Shown: positions 1-9,760 of the stretch, piece after piece
How positions within the stretch are numbered: position 1 is the stretch's first letter
Layout of the letters: the number at the start of each line of letters is the position of its first letter
From: a bacterium UBP13_UBA5359
GTDB taxonomy: Bacteria > UBP13 > UBA5359
DNA length: 35,139 nucleotides
Assembly (NCBI GenBank): GCA_002410925.1
Contig: DHPR01000022.1
Span: 1 to 35,139 of the forward strand
Reading direction: 5' to 3'
Notes under the pieces: model-generated
Told to the model about the DNA's origin: nothing
The model's input: the letters and a program-made list of their open reading frames with translations, nothing else
Database searches by the model: none
Made by a program: the position numbers and the translations under genes

Positions 1-475
1 TATGGTGGAAACCATAAACAAGCTGATAAAGATTTCTCGTCAATTGTTGCAAGAGCTTGGTCGGGAACCCTCCATAGAGGAAATAGCCAGCGGTATGGAG
101 ATGCCGCCGGAGAAAGTATCGGAAATTATCAAGATTTCACAGGAGCCGCTCTCCCTTGAAACGCCCGTGGGCGAAGAGGAGGATTCCCACCTGGGCGATT
201 TCATAGAAGACCGGGATGCCCTGGCGCCCACCGATGCCGCCTCCTTTACCATGCTGCGGGAGCAGCTGGACGAGGTGCTTGAGACCCTGACTCCACGCGA
301 GCAAAGGGTGCTGAAGCTGCGTTTCGGATTGGATGATGGACGCACCCGTACACTGGAAGAGGTGGGGCAGGTCTTCGGCGTTACCCGTGAGCGTATCCGC
401 CAGATAGAGGCCAAAGCTCTGCGCAAGCTCAAATATCCTAGCCGCAGCAAGCGCCTGCGGGATTATCTGGATTAA
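1..475 (+). CDS. rpoD: RNA polymerase primary sigma factor RpoD/SigA, C-terminal part (regions 3-4); 5' truncated by window
   Basis: MVETINKL...LGREP...[20 protein letters not shown]...[28 protein letters not shown]: hallmark sigma70 group 1 regions 3 and 4.2. Confidence 0.97.
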   Translation, partial: MVETINKLIKISRQLLQELGREPSIEEIASGMEMPPEKVSEIIKISQEPLSLETPVGEEEDSHLGDFIEDRDALAPTDAASFTMLREQLDEVLETLTPREQRVLKLRFGLDDGRTRTLEEVGQVFGVTRERIRQIEAKALRKLKYPSRSKRLRDYLD

Positions 476-501
476 ACGTAGCTTGCTGTTAACTGCTTAT
501 A

Positions 502-529
502 GACGCCCCTTCAAGGGGCGTTTTTCTTT
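502..529 (+). terminator. Intrinsic terminator of rpoD
   Basis: ACGCCCCT-TCA-AGGGGCGT stem-loop followed by TTTTCTTT, about 27 nt after the stop codon. Confidence 0.85.
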
Positions 530-544
530 ATCCAGGCTGGGTAT
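520..544 (+). promoter_or_regulatory. Putative sigB/sigF-type promoter
   Basis: GTTTTT-N13-GGGTAT upstream of the 582 ORF; overlaps the terminator T-tract, so it may be a chance match. Confidence 0.35.
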
Positions 545-581
545 AAGAGAGCGTACAGTCTAGGAACGAAGGAGATTATGC

Positions 582-929
582 GTGCCGGGAGATGCAGATG
601 ATTATCGAAGCCGATCTGAAGGCGGAGAAGCGGAAATAACGCCGGAACTGGGGATGCGGCTGGTAGCTCTCTCTGAGGAGATACGCCTTTTAAGAGAACT
701 TCTGTCCCGTCTGCGGCTGGACCAGTACGTCCGTGCACTTCTCAGCAACAGACATATAATCTGGATGGGATTGTTAAGCGGCATAGCTAACGGTTTGGGA
801 GCTGTTATCGGCGCTACGCTGGTACTGGCCATTTTAGTGTATATCTTGAGTCACCTGGAAGTAATACCTGTTATCGGCAAGTTTGTGGCGGAGATAGTCA
901 AGGTAGTAAAGCATTCAACCCGGCCCTAA
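582..929 (+). CDS. Small membrane protein, DUF5665-like
   Basis: GGAG RBS at 571-574, GTG start; C-terminal hydrophobic motif GLLSGIANGLGAVIGATLVL...IPVIGKFVAEIV. Confidence 0.7.
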   Translation: MPGDADDYRSRSEGGEAEITPELGMRLVALSEEIRLLRELLSRLRLDQYVRALLSNRHIIWMGLLSGIANGLGAVIGATLVLAILVYILSHLEVIPVIGKFVAEIVKVVKHSTRP

Positions 930-994
930 GCTGATAGGAATCAAGCCTATATTTTTGATAAAGGCCTCTGCGATATCAAAGTAACGAGGGACGA

Positions 995-2233
995 TTAATT
1001 TCTCAAATGCCCCTGCCCGTAAGCGACCCATTTATAAGTGGTCAGCTCCTCCGGGCCTACCGGGCCGCGGGCATGCAGCTTGTCCGTGCTGATGCCTACT
1101 ACCGCGCCCAGCCCATAATCGCCGCCTCCGGAAAGACGGGTGGAGGCATTTACCATGACCGAGGCGGAATCTACCCCGGCTACAAATCTTTCGGCCATGT
1201 CGATAGAGGCAGTGATGATGCCGTCGGTATGGCCGGAACCGTAGTTATTGATATGCTCTATGGCCGCATCTATGCCATCCACCACTTTGATGGAGAGTAT
1301 GGGGGATAGATACTCCGCCGTCCAGTCGGCTTCATTGGCCGGCTCCATATCGGTTACAGCTCGGGCGCGAGGACAGCCGCGCAATTCCACTCCCTGAGCT
1401 TTAAGAGCGGTTGCCACAGCCGGAAGAACACGCTGGACGGCACCGTCATCTATCAGCAGCGTCTCGAGAGTATTGCAGACTTCCACCTTTTCGCATTTTG
1501 AGTTGACCGATATGACTACGGCCATATCGATATCTGCATCGGCGGCTATATACTGATGGCAGATGCCGTCGTAATGCTTGATGACAGGAATGCGGCTCTC
1601 AGCCGATATCCGTTCTATCAGGGATTTGCCGCCGCGGGGAATGATAACGTCGATCAGTCTTTCCTGTTGCAGAAGCTCCCCTACGGCCGCCCTGTCGGCA
1701 GTTTTTACTATCTGGACAGCCTTCTCCGGCAGCCCGGCTTTGATGGCCGCACCGGCCATGATATCAGCTAGCAGCCTGTTGGTACGCAGCGCTTCGGAGC
1801 CCCCTCTGAGGATGACGGCATTGCCGCTCTTGATGCACACGGCCGCTGCGTCTGTCGTCACGTTGGGACGTGATTCATAGATGATACCTACGACGCCGAG
1901 AGGAACACTAACCCTTTGTACTCGCAGGCCGGACGGCCTGGTATGTCCCTTGGTTATCGCACCCAGAGGGTCAGGCAGGGAGGCAACTGCAATCAGCCTA
2001 TCTGTCATATAACGAAATGTTTTATCGGAAAGCTTCAGGCGCTGTAGAAGCGGACCGGCCAAACCGGCAGCCGCAGCCTCGGCCACATCTTGCTCATTGG
2101 CAGCCATTATAGTATTTTTTGTCTTTTCCAGTTCTTTGGAGATAGCCAGTAATGCTTCAGTACGCTGCCTTCCTGAAAGAGTTCCCAATATGCGTCCCGC
2201 CAGGCGGGCATCTTGAGCCATCCGTGTAATCAT
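995..2233 (-). CDS. proA: Gamma-glutamyl phosphate reductase (glutamate-5-semialdehyde dehydrogenase)
   Basis: VPLGVVGIIYESRPNVT, KSGNAVILRGGSEA, IIPRGG, VCNTLETLL, GISTDKLHARGPVG motifs. Confidence 0.96.
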   Translation of the reverse strand: MITRMAQDARLAGRILGTLSGRQRTEALLAISKELEKTKNTIMAANEQDVAEAAAAGLAGPLLQRLKLSDKTFRYMTDRLIAVASLPDPLGAITKGHTRPSGLRVQRVSVPLGVVGIIYESRPNVTTDAAAVCIKSGNAVILRGGSEALRTNRLLADIMAGAAIKAGLPEKAVQIVKTADRAAVGELLQQERLIDVIIPRGGKSLIERISAESRIPVIKHYDGICHQYIAADADIDMAVVISVNSKCEKVEVCNTLETLLIDDGAVQRVLPAVATALKAQGVELRGCPRARAVTDMEPANEADWTAEYLSPILSIKVVDGIDAAIEHINNYGSGHTDGIITASIDMAERFVAGVDSASVMVNASTRLSGGGDYGLGAVVGISTDKLHARGPVGPEELTTYKWVAYGQGHLRN

Positions 2234-2239
2234 ATTTCC

Positions 2240-2269
2240 ATTCTAACCAGCGACAAGGCTCTCTGTCAA
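2240..2269 (-). promoter_or_regulatory. sigA-type promoter of proA, probably giving a leaderless transcript
   Basis: TTGACA (2269-2264)-N18-TAGAAT (2245-2240); ATG starts 6 nt after the -10 box; no SD. Confidence 0.7.
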
Positions 2270-2299
2270 TCTCAGAAGCGGAGGTAAGGAGGCATGGCT

Positions 2300-2329
2300 G
2301 CGGGCTCTGCCGGTTCCGGCAGAGCCCGC
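2300..2329. repeat. Perfect 14-bp GC-rich inverted repeat
   Basis: GCGGGCTCTGCCGG-TT-CCGGCAGAGCCCGC between the SASP stop and the proA promoter; no U-tract. Confidence 0.85.
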
Positions 2330-2356
2330 GAATCGAGCTTCAAATGCTGCTGCTTT

Positions 2357-2545
2357 TTATTGATGGCTCTCTTCACTCATAGCCCGCTCGCCGCGTTCTA
2401 TAAGTTTTTTAACCATATATCCACCCAATTTCCCGGCCTCCTCCGTAGTCATGCTCGGGCCGATGTTGGTGATGCCCAGATCTTTGCGAGCTTCATCTTC
2501 CAGCTCTCTTAGGGTGGCCTCCTTGCTAGACATGCCCTCCGCCAT
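2357..2545 (-). CDS. Small acid-soluble spore protein, alpha/beta-type-like
   Basis: 62 aa; AAGGAGGTGA RBS 5 nt before ATG 2545; E-A-R-K-D-L-G...MTTEEAGKLGGYMVKKLIERGE resembles the SASP signature (EIAxExG...LTSRxxGxVGGxMxKRL). Confidence 0.82.
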   Translation of the reverse strand: MAEGMSSKEATLRELEDEARKDLGITNIGPSMTTEEAGKLGGYMVKKLIERGERAMSEESHQ

Positions 2546-2627
2546 ATGTATCACCTCCTTTTAAATAGGCGCTGTTTTTTGCGATTCAGGCGTATACCGG
2601 CATCCGATCATTATAAACCGTTAATAG

Positions 2628-2655
2628 AGTATTCCCTTCGTATTAATTGCTAAAC
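2628..2655 (-). promoter_or_regulatory. Putative sigF/sigG/sigB-type promoter of the SASP gene
   Basis: GTTTA-N14-GGGAATACT on the minus strand. Confidence 0.5.
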
Positions 2656-2672
2656 ATTCGTAGTAATTTTAT

Positions 2673-2701
2673 TTGTATAATCTCGTTAGCAAAGGTATAA
2701 T
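2673..2701 (+). promoter_or_regulatory. sigA-type promoter of the histidine kinase
   Basis: TTGTAT-N17-TATAAT. Confidence 0.6.
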
Positions 2702-2835
2702 AATGCTTACGTTTATATAACCTGCCTCAGTAAGCATAATCGTCTGGTCTTTTACAATATAATTAGTTTTTACTGAAAAAATTGACAGATAGGTAATTCC
2801 CAGAGCTTCTATTTTCATATGGAGGCCATGATTTT

Positions 2836-4113
2836 ATGAGTGACAAGGAGAGGAGAGATATGCCATCCTCATCTGTACGACCGCTTAATGAAAAGTTATA
2901 TTTTAATGATGATGTAAAATTCAAGTTTCTGGATGAAGCTCGAGATGCCATCTTTCTGGCCGATATGGATGGAACGGTGCTGTATTTAAATGAAGCAGCC
3001 TGCAAGTTGCGTTATTGCAATAAGAAAAAGCCGCAAGAGGCAGGGATATATGATCGGCAGAGGCTATCCAATGCTATTCTTTCGGAGAGGTATTTATCAG
3101 AGCTTCTGGCTAAGAAGCATATAGCCATAGAGAAGAAGGCCTGGCGTAAAGAAGGAACGGTCATATATCTAGATATAAATGCCTGCATAGTGGAAACGGA
3201 TAGCGGCAACTTCATACTGGCTGTCGCCCGTGATATCACAGAACGTAAGCAAAGGGAAGAGTATTTGCTCAAATCTCATAAGGAATTAGAAACATGTATA
3301 AGAGAGAGGAAGGAAGAGCTGGCCAGGATCAAAGAGGCTTTGGAGGCAGAGAAAGCAGAGAAGATAGAGTTGAAAGAGATACTCAAAATGAGTGTCGCGC
3401 GGCTGGAAAAGGCTGAAAAAATGAAATCGGAGTTCATTTCCAGAGTTTCTCACGAATTACGGCATCCTTTGACTATGATCAGCGGCTACACGGATTTGCT
3501 GGCCACTTCCAGGCTGGGGCCGTTGACGGCAGAACAGACCGAGGCGTTGAGGGTAACGGATAGTCATGTTGAGCGATTGCAGGGTCACATAGAGGATATG
3601 CTTAATCTTTCAGTGATAGAAAGCGGACAGGTAAATCTGGATGCGGGTATGATTGATATAGTCAGCCTTATGGAGAAGAGAGTGGCCTTTTTCCAGAGCG
3701 TTTATGACAGGAAAGACCTTTATCTTAAGCTTCAAATTGAGTATCCGATCTCACAGCTTTTCGGGGATTTGCACCAGCTTACACTGGTAATGGATAACCT
3801 TCTGGATAACGCTTGCAAATTCACTGATAGGGGAGGAGCAACTGTTCGTATCAAACAGCAAGAAGGATGGGTTCGCCTGGAGATAGCCGATACAGGTATA
3901 GGCGTTTCGGAAGAAGATATCAATCATATTTTTGATCGCTTTTATCAGGCTGAGCCCGTATTGACGCGAATACGCGAAGGAACAGGGCTGGGACTTCCTA
4001 TTGCCAGGATATTAGTGGACATACAGGGTGGGCGTATTTGGGCAGAGAGTGCCGGCCGCGGCTGCGGCAGCACCTTCATTGTGTTGCTGCCGATCAAAGG
4101 CGACGAATCCTGA
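2836..4113 (+). CDS. Cytoplasmic PAS-domain sensor histidine kinase (orphan in this window)
   Basis: N-terminal PAS/PAC (DAIF..D.DG...YLNEAA; ARDITERK), coiled coil, H-box SHELRHPL, N-box NLLDNACKFT, G1 DTGIG, F-box IFDRFYQ, G2 GTGLGL; no TM segment apparent. Confidence 0.93.
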   Translation: MSDKERRDMPSSSVRPLNEKLYFNDDVKFKFLDEARDAIFLADMDGTVLYLNEAACKLRYCNKKKPQEAGIYDRQRLSNAILSERYLSELLAKKHIAIEKKAWRKEGTVIYLDINACIVETDSGNFILAVARDITERKQREEYLLKSHKELETCIRERKEELARIKEALEAEKAEKIELKEILKMSVARLEKAEKMKSEFISRVSHELRHPLTMISGYTDLLATSRLGPLTAEQTEALRVTDSHVERLQGHIEDMLNLSVIESGQVNLDAGMIDIVSLMEKRVAFFQSVYDRKDLYLKLQIEYPISQLFGDLHQLTLVMDNLLDNACKFTDRGGATVRIKQQEGWVRLEIADTGIGVSEEDINHIFDRFYQAEPVLTRIREGTGLGLPIARILVDIQGGRIWAESAGRGCGSTFIVLLPIKGDES

Positions 4114-4126
4114 TTAGCGTTAATCC

Positions 4127-4155
4127 TTGCCCCCGTCCCAAAGGCTTGCTATAAT
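4127..4155 (+). promoter_or_regulatory. sigA-type promoter (extended -10) of tkt
   Basis: TTGCCC-N17-TATAAT with TG at 4147-4148. Confidence 0.7.
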
Positions 4156-4230
4156 CTTAAAGTGAATATTCAGGCATTTGCGACCGTCAGATACGTAGAT
4201 GGTCCGGGCCGTACAATAGGAGTGTTATTT

Positions 4231-6234
4231 ATGGCTATAGATGTAAAGCAGTCTTTGGAAGAGCGCTGTATCAATTCTATCCGTTTCCTCTCGATTGATG
4301 CTATTGAGAAGGCCAAAGCCGGGCATCCGGGTATGCCGATGGGTACGGCGCCGATGGCTTTCGTCCTCTGGGATAAATTTATGAAGTTCAATCCCCGCAA
4401 CCCCGTTTGGGCAAATCGAGATCGCTTTGTGCTGTCTGCCGGCCATGGGTCGATGTTGCAGTATGCTCTGCTCTATCTTACCGGGTACGAGAGCATAACT
4501 TTAGATGATATCAAGACTTTTCGTCAGCTGGACTCTAAAGCTGCCGGGCATCCGGAGAATAGCGTCACGGCCGGCGTGGAGGTGACTACAGGCCCGTTGG
4601 GGCAGGGTATTGCCAATGCTGTGGGTATGGCTATGGCCGAAGCCCATCTGGCAGCACGTTTCAACCGTCAGGGATTCGATATCGTAGATCATTACACCTA
4701 CGCAATCATGGGCGACGGGTGTAATATGGAGGGCATCTCGCATGAAGCCTGTTCACTGGCCGGGCATCTGGGGCTGGGCAAACTGATTGCTCTTTATGAT
4801 GATAATCATATTTCTATCGAGGGTTCAACAGAGCTGGCTTTTACTGAAGATGTGGCCATTCGTTTCAAGGCATATGGCTGGCATGTTCAGACCATTGAGG
4901 ATGGTAATGATCTGGAGGATATCGGCCGCGCCATAGCAGCTGCCAAGGCCGTCAAGGATAAGCCTTCCATGATCAAGATACGTACCACTATCGGTTATGG
5001 TTCACCGAATAAAGCCGGCACCAGTACTGCCCACGGCGAGCCGCTGGGGAATGAAGAGGTCCAGGCTACTCGTAAATGCCTGGGCTGGGAGCATGAACCA
5101 TTTGATATACCGGAAGATATCCTGAATTATTTTCGTCGGGCCATTGATAGAGGTGTCGGCTATGAAAAACAATGGAATGATCTCTTCAATAATTATAAAG
5201 CTGAATATCCTGAAGAGGCTGCTGAGTTTGAGCGTATCATGTCCGGCCGTTTACCGGAAGGATGGGAGAGGGTTCTGCCCGTCTTCACTCCTGACGATAA
5301 AGCCGAAGCTACCAGAAGCTTGTCCGGAAAGGTACTGAATGCTTTGGCTGAAGCCCTGCCGGAGTTGATGGGAGGCTCTGCTGATTTGGCTCCCTCTACT
5401 AAAACGTTGCTTAAATCTTCGAGTGATTTTGCTAAAGGTGCTTATGCGAATCGCAATCTTCATTTCGGTGTGCGGGAACATGCTATGGCTGCTATATGCA
5501 ACGCCATGGTTTTGCACGGCGGAATTATTCCGTATTGCGCTACCTTCATGGTTTTTGCCGATTACATGAGAGGAGCGATGCGTGTTTCGGCTATCTCCGG
5601 GGCCGGCGTTCTCTATGTTTTAACGCACGATTCCATCGGTGTGGGAGAGGATGGCCCCACTCATCAGCCGGTAGAAACATTGGCCTCGATGAGAATAATA
5701 CCCAATATGCTGGCTATACGTCCTGCCGATGGTAATGAGACTTCCGGCGCCTACAAGGTAGCTATGGAGAACCGCCACCGTCCTACAGCGTTGGCTTTGA
5801 CCAGGCAAAACCTGCCGCATCTGCCCGGCTCCTCGATAGAAGGTGTAGCCAAAGGTGCGTATGTGCTGCGGGACAGCGCAGGCACGCCGGAGATTATCCT
5901 GATAGGTACCGGTTCTGAACTCAGCCTTTGCCTGGCAGCGGCCGATCAATTGGTAGCTGACGGCCATAGCGTTCGAGTGGTCTCTATGCCCTGTTGGGAA
6001 CTCTTTGAAGAGCAGGACGCTGATTATAAAGAGGCTGTATTGCCGGCCGCCGTAACCAGGAGAGTTGCTGTTGAAGCCGGAGTCAGCTATGGCTGGCAGC
6101 GTTATGTCGGATCAGAGGGAGAGATAATAGCGCTGGATTGCTTTGGCGTCTCTGCTCCCGGCAAGGTCTGTATGGAAAAGTTCGGCTTTACAGTGGATAA
6201 CGTGCTGGCTACAGCTCGTAAGGTTTTAAGATAA
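4231..6234 (+). CDS. tkt: Transketolase
   Basis: [35 protein letters not shown]...[18 protein letters not shown]; start moved to ATG 4231 behind an AGGAG RBS. Confidence 0.97.
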   Translation: MAIDVKQSLEERCINSIRFLSIDAIEKAKAGHPGMPMGTAPMAFVLWDKFMKFNPRNPVWANRDRFVLSAGHGSMLQYALLYLTGYESITLDDIKTFRQLDSKAAGHPENSVTAGVEVTTGPLGQGIANAVGMAMAEAHLAARFNRQGFDIVDHYTYAIMGDGCNMEGISHEACSLAGHLGLGKLIALYDDNHISIEGSTELAFTEDVAIRFKAYGWHVQTIEDGNDLEDIGRAIAAAKAVKDKPSMIKIRTTIGYGSPNKAGTSTAHGEPLGNEEVQATRKCLGWEHEPFDIPEDILNYFRRAIDRGVGYEKQWNDLFNNYKAEYPEEAAEFERIMSGRLPEGWERVLPVFTPDDKAEATRSLSGKVLNALAEALPELMGGSADLAPSTKTLLKSSSDFAKGAYANRNLHFGVREHAMAAICNAMVLHGGIIPYCATFMVFADYMRGAMRVSAISGAGVLYVLTHDSIGVGEDGPTHQPVETLASMRIIPNMLAIRPADGNETSGAYKVAMENRHRPTALALTRQNLPHLPGSSIEGVAKGAYVLRDSAGTPEIILIGTGSELSLCLAAADQLVADGHSVRVVSMPCWELFEEQDADYKEAVLPAAVTRRVAVEAGVSYGWQRYVGSEGEIIALDCFGVSAPGKVCMEKFGFTVDNVLATARKVLR

Positions 6235-6250
6235 TCTGGAGGTAAATGCT

Positions 6251-7264
6251 TTGTTGAAATTGGCTTTTATGGGCTTCCGTCATGGGCATATACTGAGCCT
6301 GTACGATCATGCTGCTCAAAACAAAGGTGTCGCTATTGTAGGGTCCTGCGAAGAGGATGCTCAGACCGCAGCACAACTGCGGCAGGGCGGCCGGGTGGAG
6401 CTGACTCATGATAATTACGGAGGTATGCTTGATGAAGTGGATTGCGATGCCGTAGCCATTGGGGATTATTACGGCAAACGCGGTGCAATCGCTATCGAAG
6501 CCCTGAAAAGAGGCAAACACGTTATTTCTGATAAACCCATTTGTACCAGCCTGGAAGAGATGGAAGAGATAGCTTCTTTATCTGATCGGAAGGGACTCAA
6601 AGTAGGTTGTCAGTTGGATATGCGGGACAACGGAAAGTTTCAGCGTATCAGGGAACTGGTGCAGGGGGGTGCCATCGGAGAGGTGCATGCCATATCCGTC
6701 GGCGGGCAGCATCCTTTGATGTTCGGAACGCGCCCCGGCTGGTATTTTGAAAAGGGCAGGCATGGCGGCACCATCAACGATATAGGTATCCATGCTGTGG
6801 ATATGATACCCTGGATAACAGGCCTCTCTTTTGCTCGCGTAACGGCTGCCAGAGCCTGGAACGCCTTTGCTGCGGAAGTACCCTACTTCAACGACGCAGG
6901 GCAGTTCATGCTGGAAATGGCCAACGGCTGCGGCGTTATGGGAGATGTCTCCTACTTCATGCCGGACAGTATGGGCTACAGACTGCCGCAATACTGGCGC
7001 ACAACTCTGTGGGGACGGGAGGGTGTTATCGAGGCATCCTTAAATACCCCGCAGATATCGCTGGCTAAAAGCGGCAGCCAGGAAGTGGAGATGATAGCAC
7101 CGGGCGAGGGTACTCCGGGAGGATATCTCAGATCATTTATCGCAGAGATCAAAGGAGATAAAGAGGCCGTTTCTCTTTCCACCGCTGAAATTATTCGATC
7201 TTCTCGGATAACCTTGAAGATACAGCAGGCTGCAGACCAGGGCTTGTGCAATATAGCTTTATAG
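6251..7264 (+). CDS. Gfo/Idh/MocA family NAD(P)-dependent oxidoreductase
   Basis: Rossmann start [41 protein letters not shown] with TTG start. Confidence 0.9.
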   Translation: MLKLAFMGFRHGHILSLYDHAAQNKGVAIVGSCEEDAQTAAQLRQGGRVELTHDNYGGMLDEVDCDAVAIGDYYGKRGAIAIEALKRGKHVISDKPICTSLEEMEEIASLSDRKGLKVGCQLDMRDNGKFQRIRELVQGGAIGEVHAISVGGQHPLMFGTRPGWYFEKGRHGGTINDIGIHAVDMIPWITGLSFARVTAARAWNAFAAEVPYFNDAGQFMLEMANGCGVMGDVSYFMPDSMGYRLPQYWRTTLWGREGVIEASLNTPQISLAKSGSQEVEMIAPGEGTPGGYLRSFIAEIKGDKEAVSLSTAEIIRSSRITLKIQQAADQGLCNIAL

Positions 7265-7305
7265 CAGAGGCTGACCTCAACGCTGAGAAAAGATAATGCC
7301 CAAAG

Positions 7306-7333
7306 AGAGGAAAAAAGCGGTCAGGTGTTGAAT
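7306..7333 (+). promoter_or_regulatory. Putative sigH-type promoter
   Basis: AGAGGAAAA-N12-GTTGAAT fits RNAGGAWWW-N11/12-RNNGAAT. Confidence 0.5.
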
Positions 7334-7389
7334 AGGATATTGTGGAAATTTTCCACAAATTAATGGTTGATTCCGAAAAAGGAGGCAAT

Positions 7390-8364
7390 ATGATGAGCGG
7401 TAAAAACGTTTCCATCAACCTCATCAATACTATCGAAGGTTCTTTGCTGGAGGATTTCTTTCCGGCCGGCTGGGACATGAGGAAGATAGATGCCTGCTGC
7501 AGCAATCCTTCGGAGGCTATCCTTGACCGGCAGCCGTGGTGGAATGAAGGCTTTGAGCCCATTCCTTGCGAAGCACTGGCTGATTTTGATGCCATGTTGG
7601 GCCATGAGATAGCTCTGCAGATAAGACTGGCGCGTGAGGCTGGCCGCAAGCTGGCTCTGATTCTTCCCGTAGGACCTATGGGCATGTATCGCTGGGCAGT
7701 CTACTTTCTTAAGGAGTGGGGTGTCAGATGCGATCATCTTTATGGATTCAATATGGATGAATGGAGCGATGCCGAGGGAAATACCCTGCCTGCCGATAAT
7801 CCCGGTGCCTTCCGGTTTGCCATGGAGAAAGCCTTTTACGGTCCTTTAGGCGAGCTGACCGTTCCTGAAAAACAGCGATATTTTGCTACTCGTGAGGTTC
7901 TGCCTACTTATGCAGAGCGCATTGCCGATCTTAAGGCGGAGGGAGCGCTGTTGGAGGTTATCTTCGGCATAGGGCGGGTATTTCATATCGCCTTCTGGGA
8001 ACCGCATTTTGCAGCAGAGTTCTCCACCGATGAAGAATGGAAAAAGCAAACTCACAGGCTGGGTGCTAAACTGCATCCTTTAACTATAGAGCAGAATGCT
8101 CTTACCAGCTTTAAGAGCCGGACAACTCTGGTGCCCGCCAGGGCCAATACCATAGGGCCGGGGCTCTTTCTGCAGGCAGACCGTATTATCGGCGGCGCCG
8201 ATGGCGTATTAGGGCGTGGTATGCAGTGGCAGGGCATGAGCCTCTGGGTAACCTTCCGCTATGGGCCGACACGTTGGATACCCAGCAGCTATATGCCGAC
8301 TCTGCCTGGCAGGCTCTTCTTTCTTAAGGAGTTGGCCGGTCCGCTTGGGGCTGAGTGTAACTAG
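7390..8364 (+). CDS. Glucosamine-6-phosphate isomerase/deaminase (NagB)-like protein
   Basis: [26 protein letters not shown] motifs of the NagB/6PGL fold; AAGGAGG RBS before ATG 7390/7393. Confidence 0.75.
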   Translation: MMSGKNVSINLINTIEGSLLEDFFPAGWDMRKIDACCSNPSEAILDRQPWWNEGFEPIPCEALADFDAMLGHEIALQIRLAREAGRKLALILPVGPMGMYRWAVYFLKEWGVRCDHLYGFNMDEWSDAEGNTLPADNPGAFRFAMEKAFYGPLGELTVPEKQRYFATREVLPTYAERIADLKAEGALLEVIFGIGRVFHIAFWEPHFAAEFSTDEEWKKQTHRLGAKLHPLTIEQNALTSFKSRTTLVPARANTIGPGLFLQADRIIGGADGVLGRGMQWQGMSLWVTFRYGPTRWIPSSYMPTLPGRLFFLKELAGPLGAECN

Positions 8365-8375
8365 TTCAAACTCTG

Positions 8376-8509
8376 GAACCAGTCTGCGTTTTCGCGATTA
8401 TGCCTTATCACCCGGGCACCTCCGCTATGAGGAGGTGCCCGGTGTTCACTCATGGGCATATTGGGAGCAACAGATTCAGCGAGGTATCAATTAGCTGCCG
8501 ATAAGATAA
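8376..8509 (+). pseudogene. Remnant of an alpha/beta-hydrolase (esterase family) C-terminus
   Basis: Translates ...FRDYALSPGHLRYEEVPGVHSWAYWEQQIQRGIN*LPIR*, resembling the esterase end YEExPGxHxWxYWDxQIQxxLxWLP with TAG at the Trp position; no start or N-terminal domain. Confidence 0.6.
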
Positions 8510-8693
8510 CGAGCTAAACTTTTCATCTATTGGCTTAGTTCATAACAGGAGCATCGTTTTTAAGATAGAGAATTGATGGGAATCATATCCAGGCAGAAGA
8601 ATATGCAAAGCTTAGTTCATAATGGATTTCTGGATTATTTTTCGCAAAGAGTGTAAAATTATCTGATAATAATTGCATATAGCGAGGTAAGGA

Positions 8694-9713
8694 ATGCTGT
8701 TTGAAGAGTTATCCAAAAAAGGAACCGATTTTCTGGGAGTTAAATATCCCATTATCTCAGGAGGTATGACCTGGATCAGCGATTTTGAGCTGGTGCGAGC
8801 CGTAGCCGATAACGGGGCTTTCCCTGTTCTGGCCGGCGGCAATATGCCATCTGAAGTCTTTGAAAAAGAGGTGGACAGGTGTATAGAAAAGCTTGATAAG
8901 CCTTTTGCAGTTAATCTGATCACTATATCTCCCAATTATCGAATCCAATATGAAATTCTGTTGAGCAAAAAGGTGCCTTTTGTCGTCTTTGCCGGTAGCT
9001 TCCCCCGTAAAGCGGATATACAGGGGATGAAAGAATCCGGAAAGAGGACTATGTCCTTTGCTTCAGAGGGATCGATAGCAGAGCAGCAGATAAGATTCGG
9101 CATCGATGCTCTAATTTTGGAAGGGAGTGAGGCGGGAGGACATATAGGCCATGTTTCTCTAATGGTGCTTCTGCAGCAGGTACTGTTTAACTACGATCAG
9201 GTGCCCGTGTTTGTTGCCGGAGGCATAGCATCCGGCAGGATGATAGCGCATCTGCTGCTGATGGGTGCCGCCGGTTGCCAGCTGGGCACGGCCTTTGTTA
9301 TGAGCGAGGAATGCACCGCACATGCCAATTTCAAAAAAGCCTTCGCCAGGGCACATGCCAGACAGGCCATTGCCACGCCGCAATATGATTCCAGATTGCC
9401 TGTGGTAGCCGTCAGGGCCATAAGGAATCAAGGAACAGATAGATTCGGTCGGCTTCAGCTTGAACTACTGGAAAAACTGGAAGCAGGGATTATTTCCAGA
9501 GAGCAGGCTCAATATGAGGTTGAGAACTTTTGGGTAGGAGCATTGCGTCGTGCCGTTGTAGACGGGGATATAGAGGGCGGTTCTTTGATGGCCGGGCAGA
9601 GTGTAGGATTGGTTCGGGACGTGCTGCCGATGAAGAGCATCATAGAGAAGCTGATGAACGAGGCGCGAGCTGAATTAACCGCAGTGCAGAACAGGTTGAC
9701 GCAGCCTGTCTGA
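8694..9713 (+). CDS. Nitronate monooxygenase / enoyl-ACP reductase II (FabK-like) flavoprotein
   Basis: LGVKYPIISGGMTWIS, KPFAVNL, EGSEAGGHIG, VAGGIASG, GCQLGTAF, GSLMAGQSVGLV. Confidence 0.85.
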   Translation: MLFEELSKKGTDFLGVKYPIISGGMTWISDFELVRAVADNGAFPVLAGGNMPSEVFEKEVDRCIEKLDKPFAVNLITISPNYRIQYEILLSKKVPFVVFAGSFPRKADIQGMKESGKRTMSFASEGSIAEQQIRFGIDALILEGSEAGGHIGHVSLMVLLQQVLFNYDQVPVFVAGGIASGRMIAHLLLMGAAGCQLGTAFVMSEECTAHANFKKAFARAHARQAIATPQYDSRLPVVAVRAIRNQGTDRFGRLQLELLEKLEAGIISREQAQYEVENFWVGALRRAVVDGDIEGGSLMAGQSVGLVRDVLPMKSIIEKLMNEARAELTAVQNRLTQPV

Positions 9714-9760
9714 GGGTAAGCTGTCGACAGCCTTCGATCTTCAACCTTCAGCTCGATCAT

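Noticed and set aside
2294-2512. 72-aa plus-strand ORF preceded by AAGGAGG
   Set aside because: The SD-like sequence is only 1 nt from the ATG, and the ORF runs antisense to the SASP gene and through the palindrome
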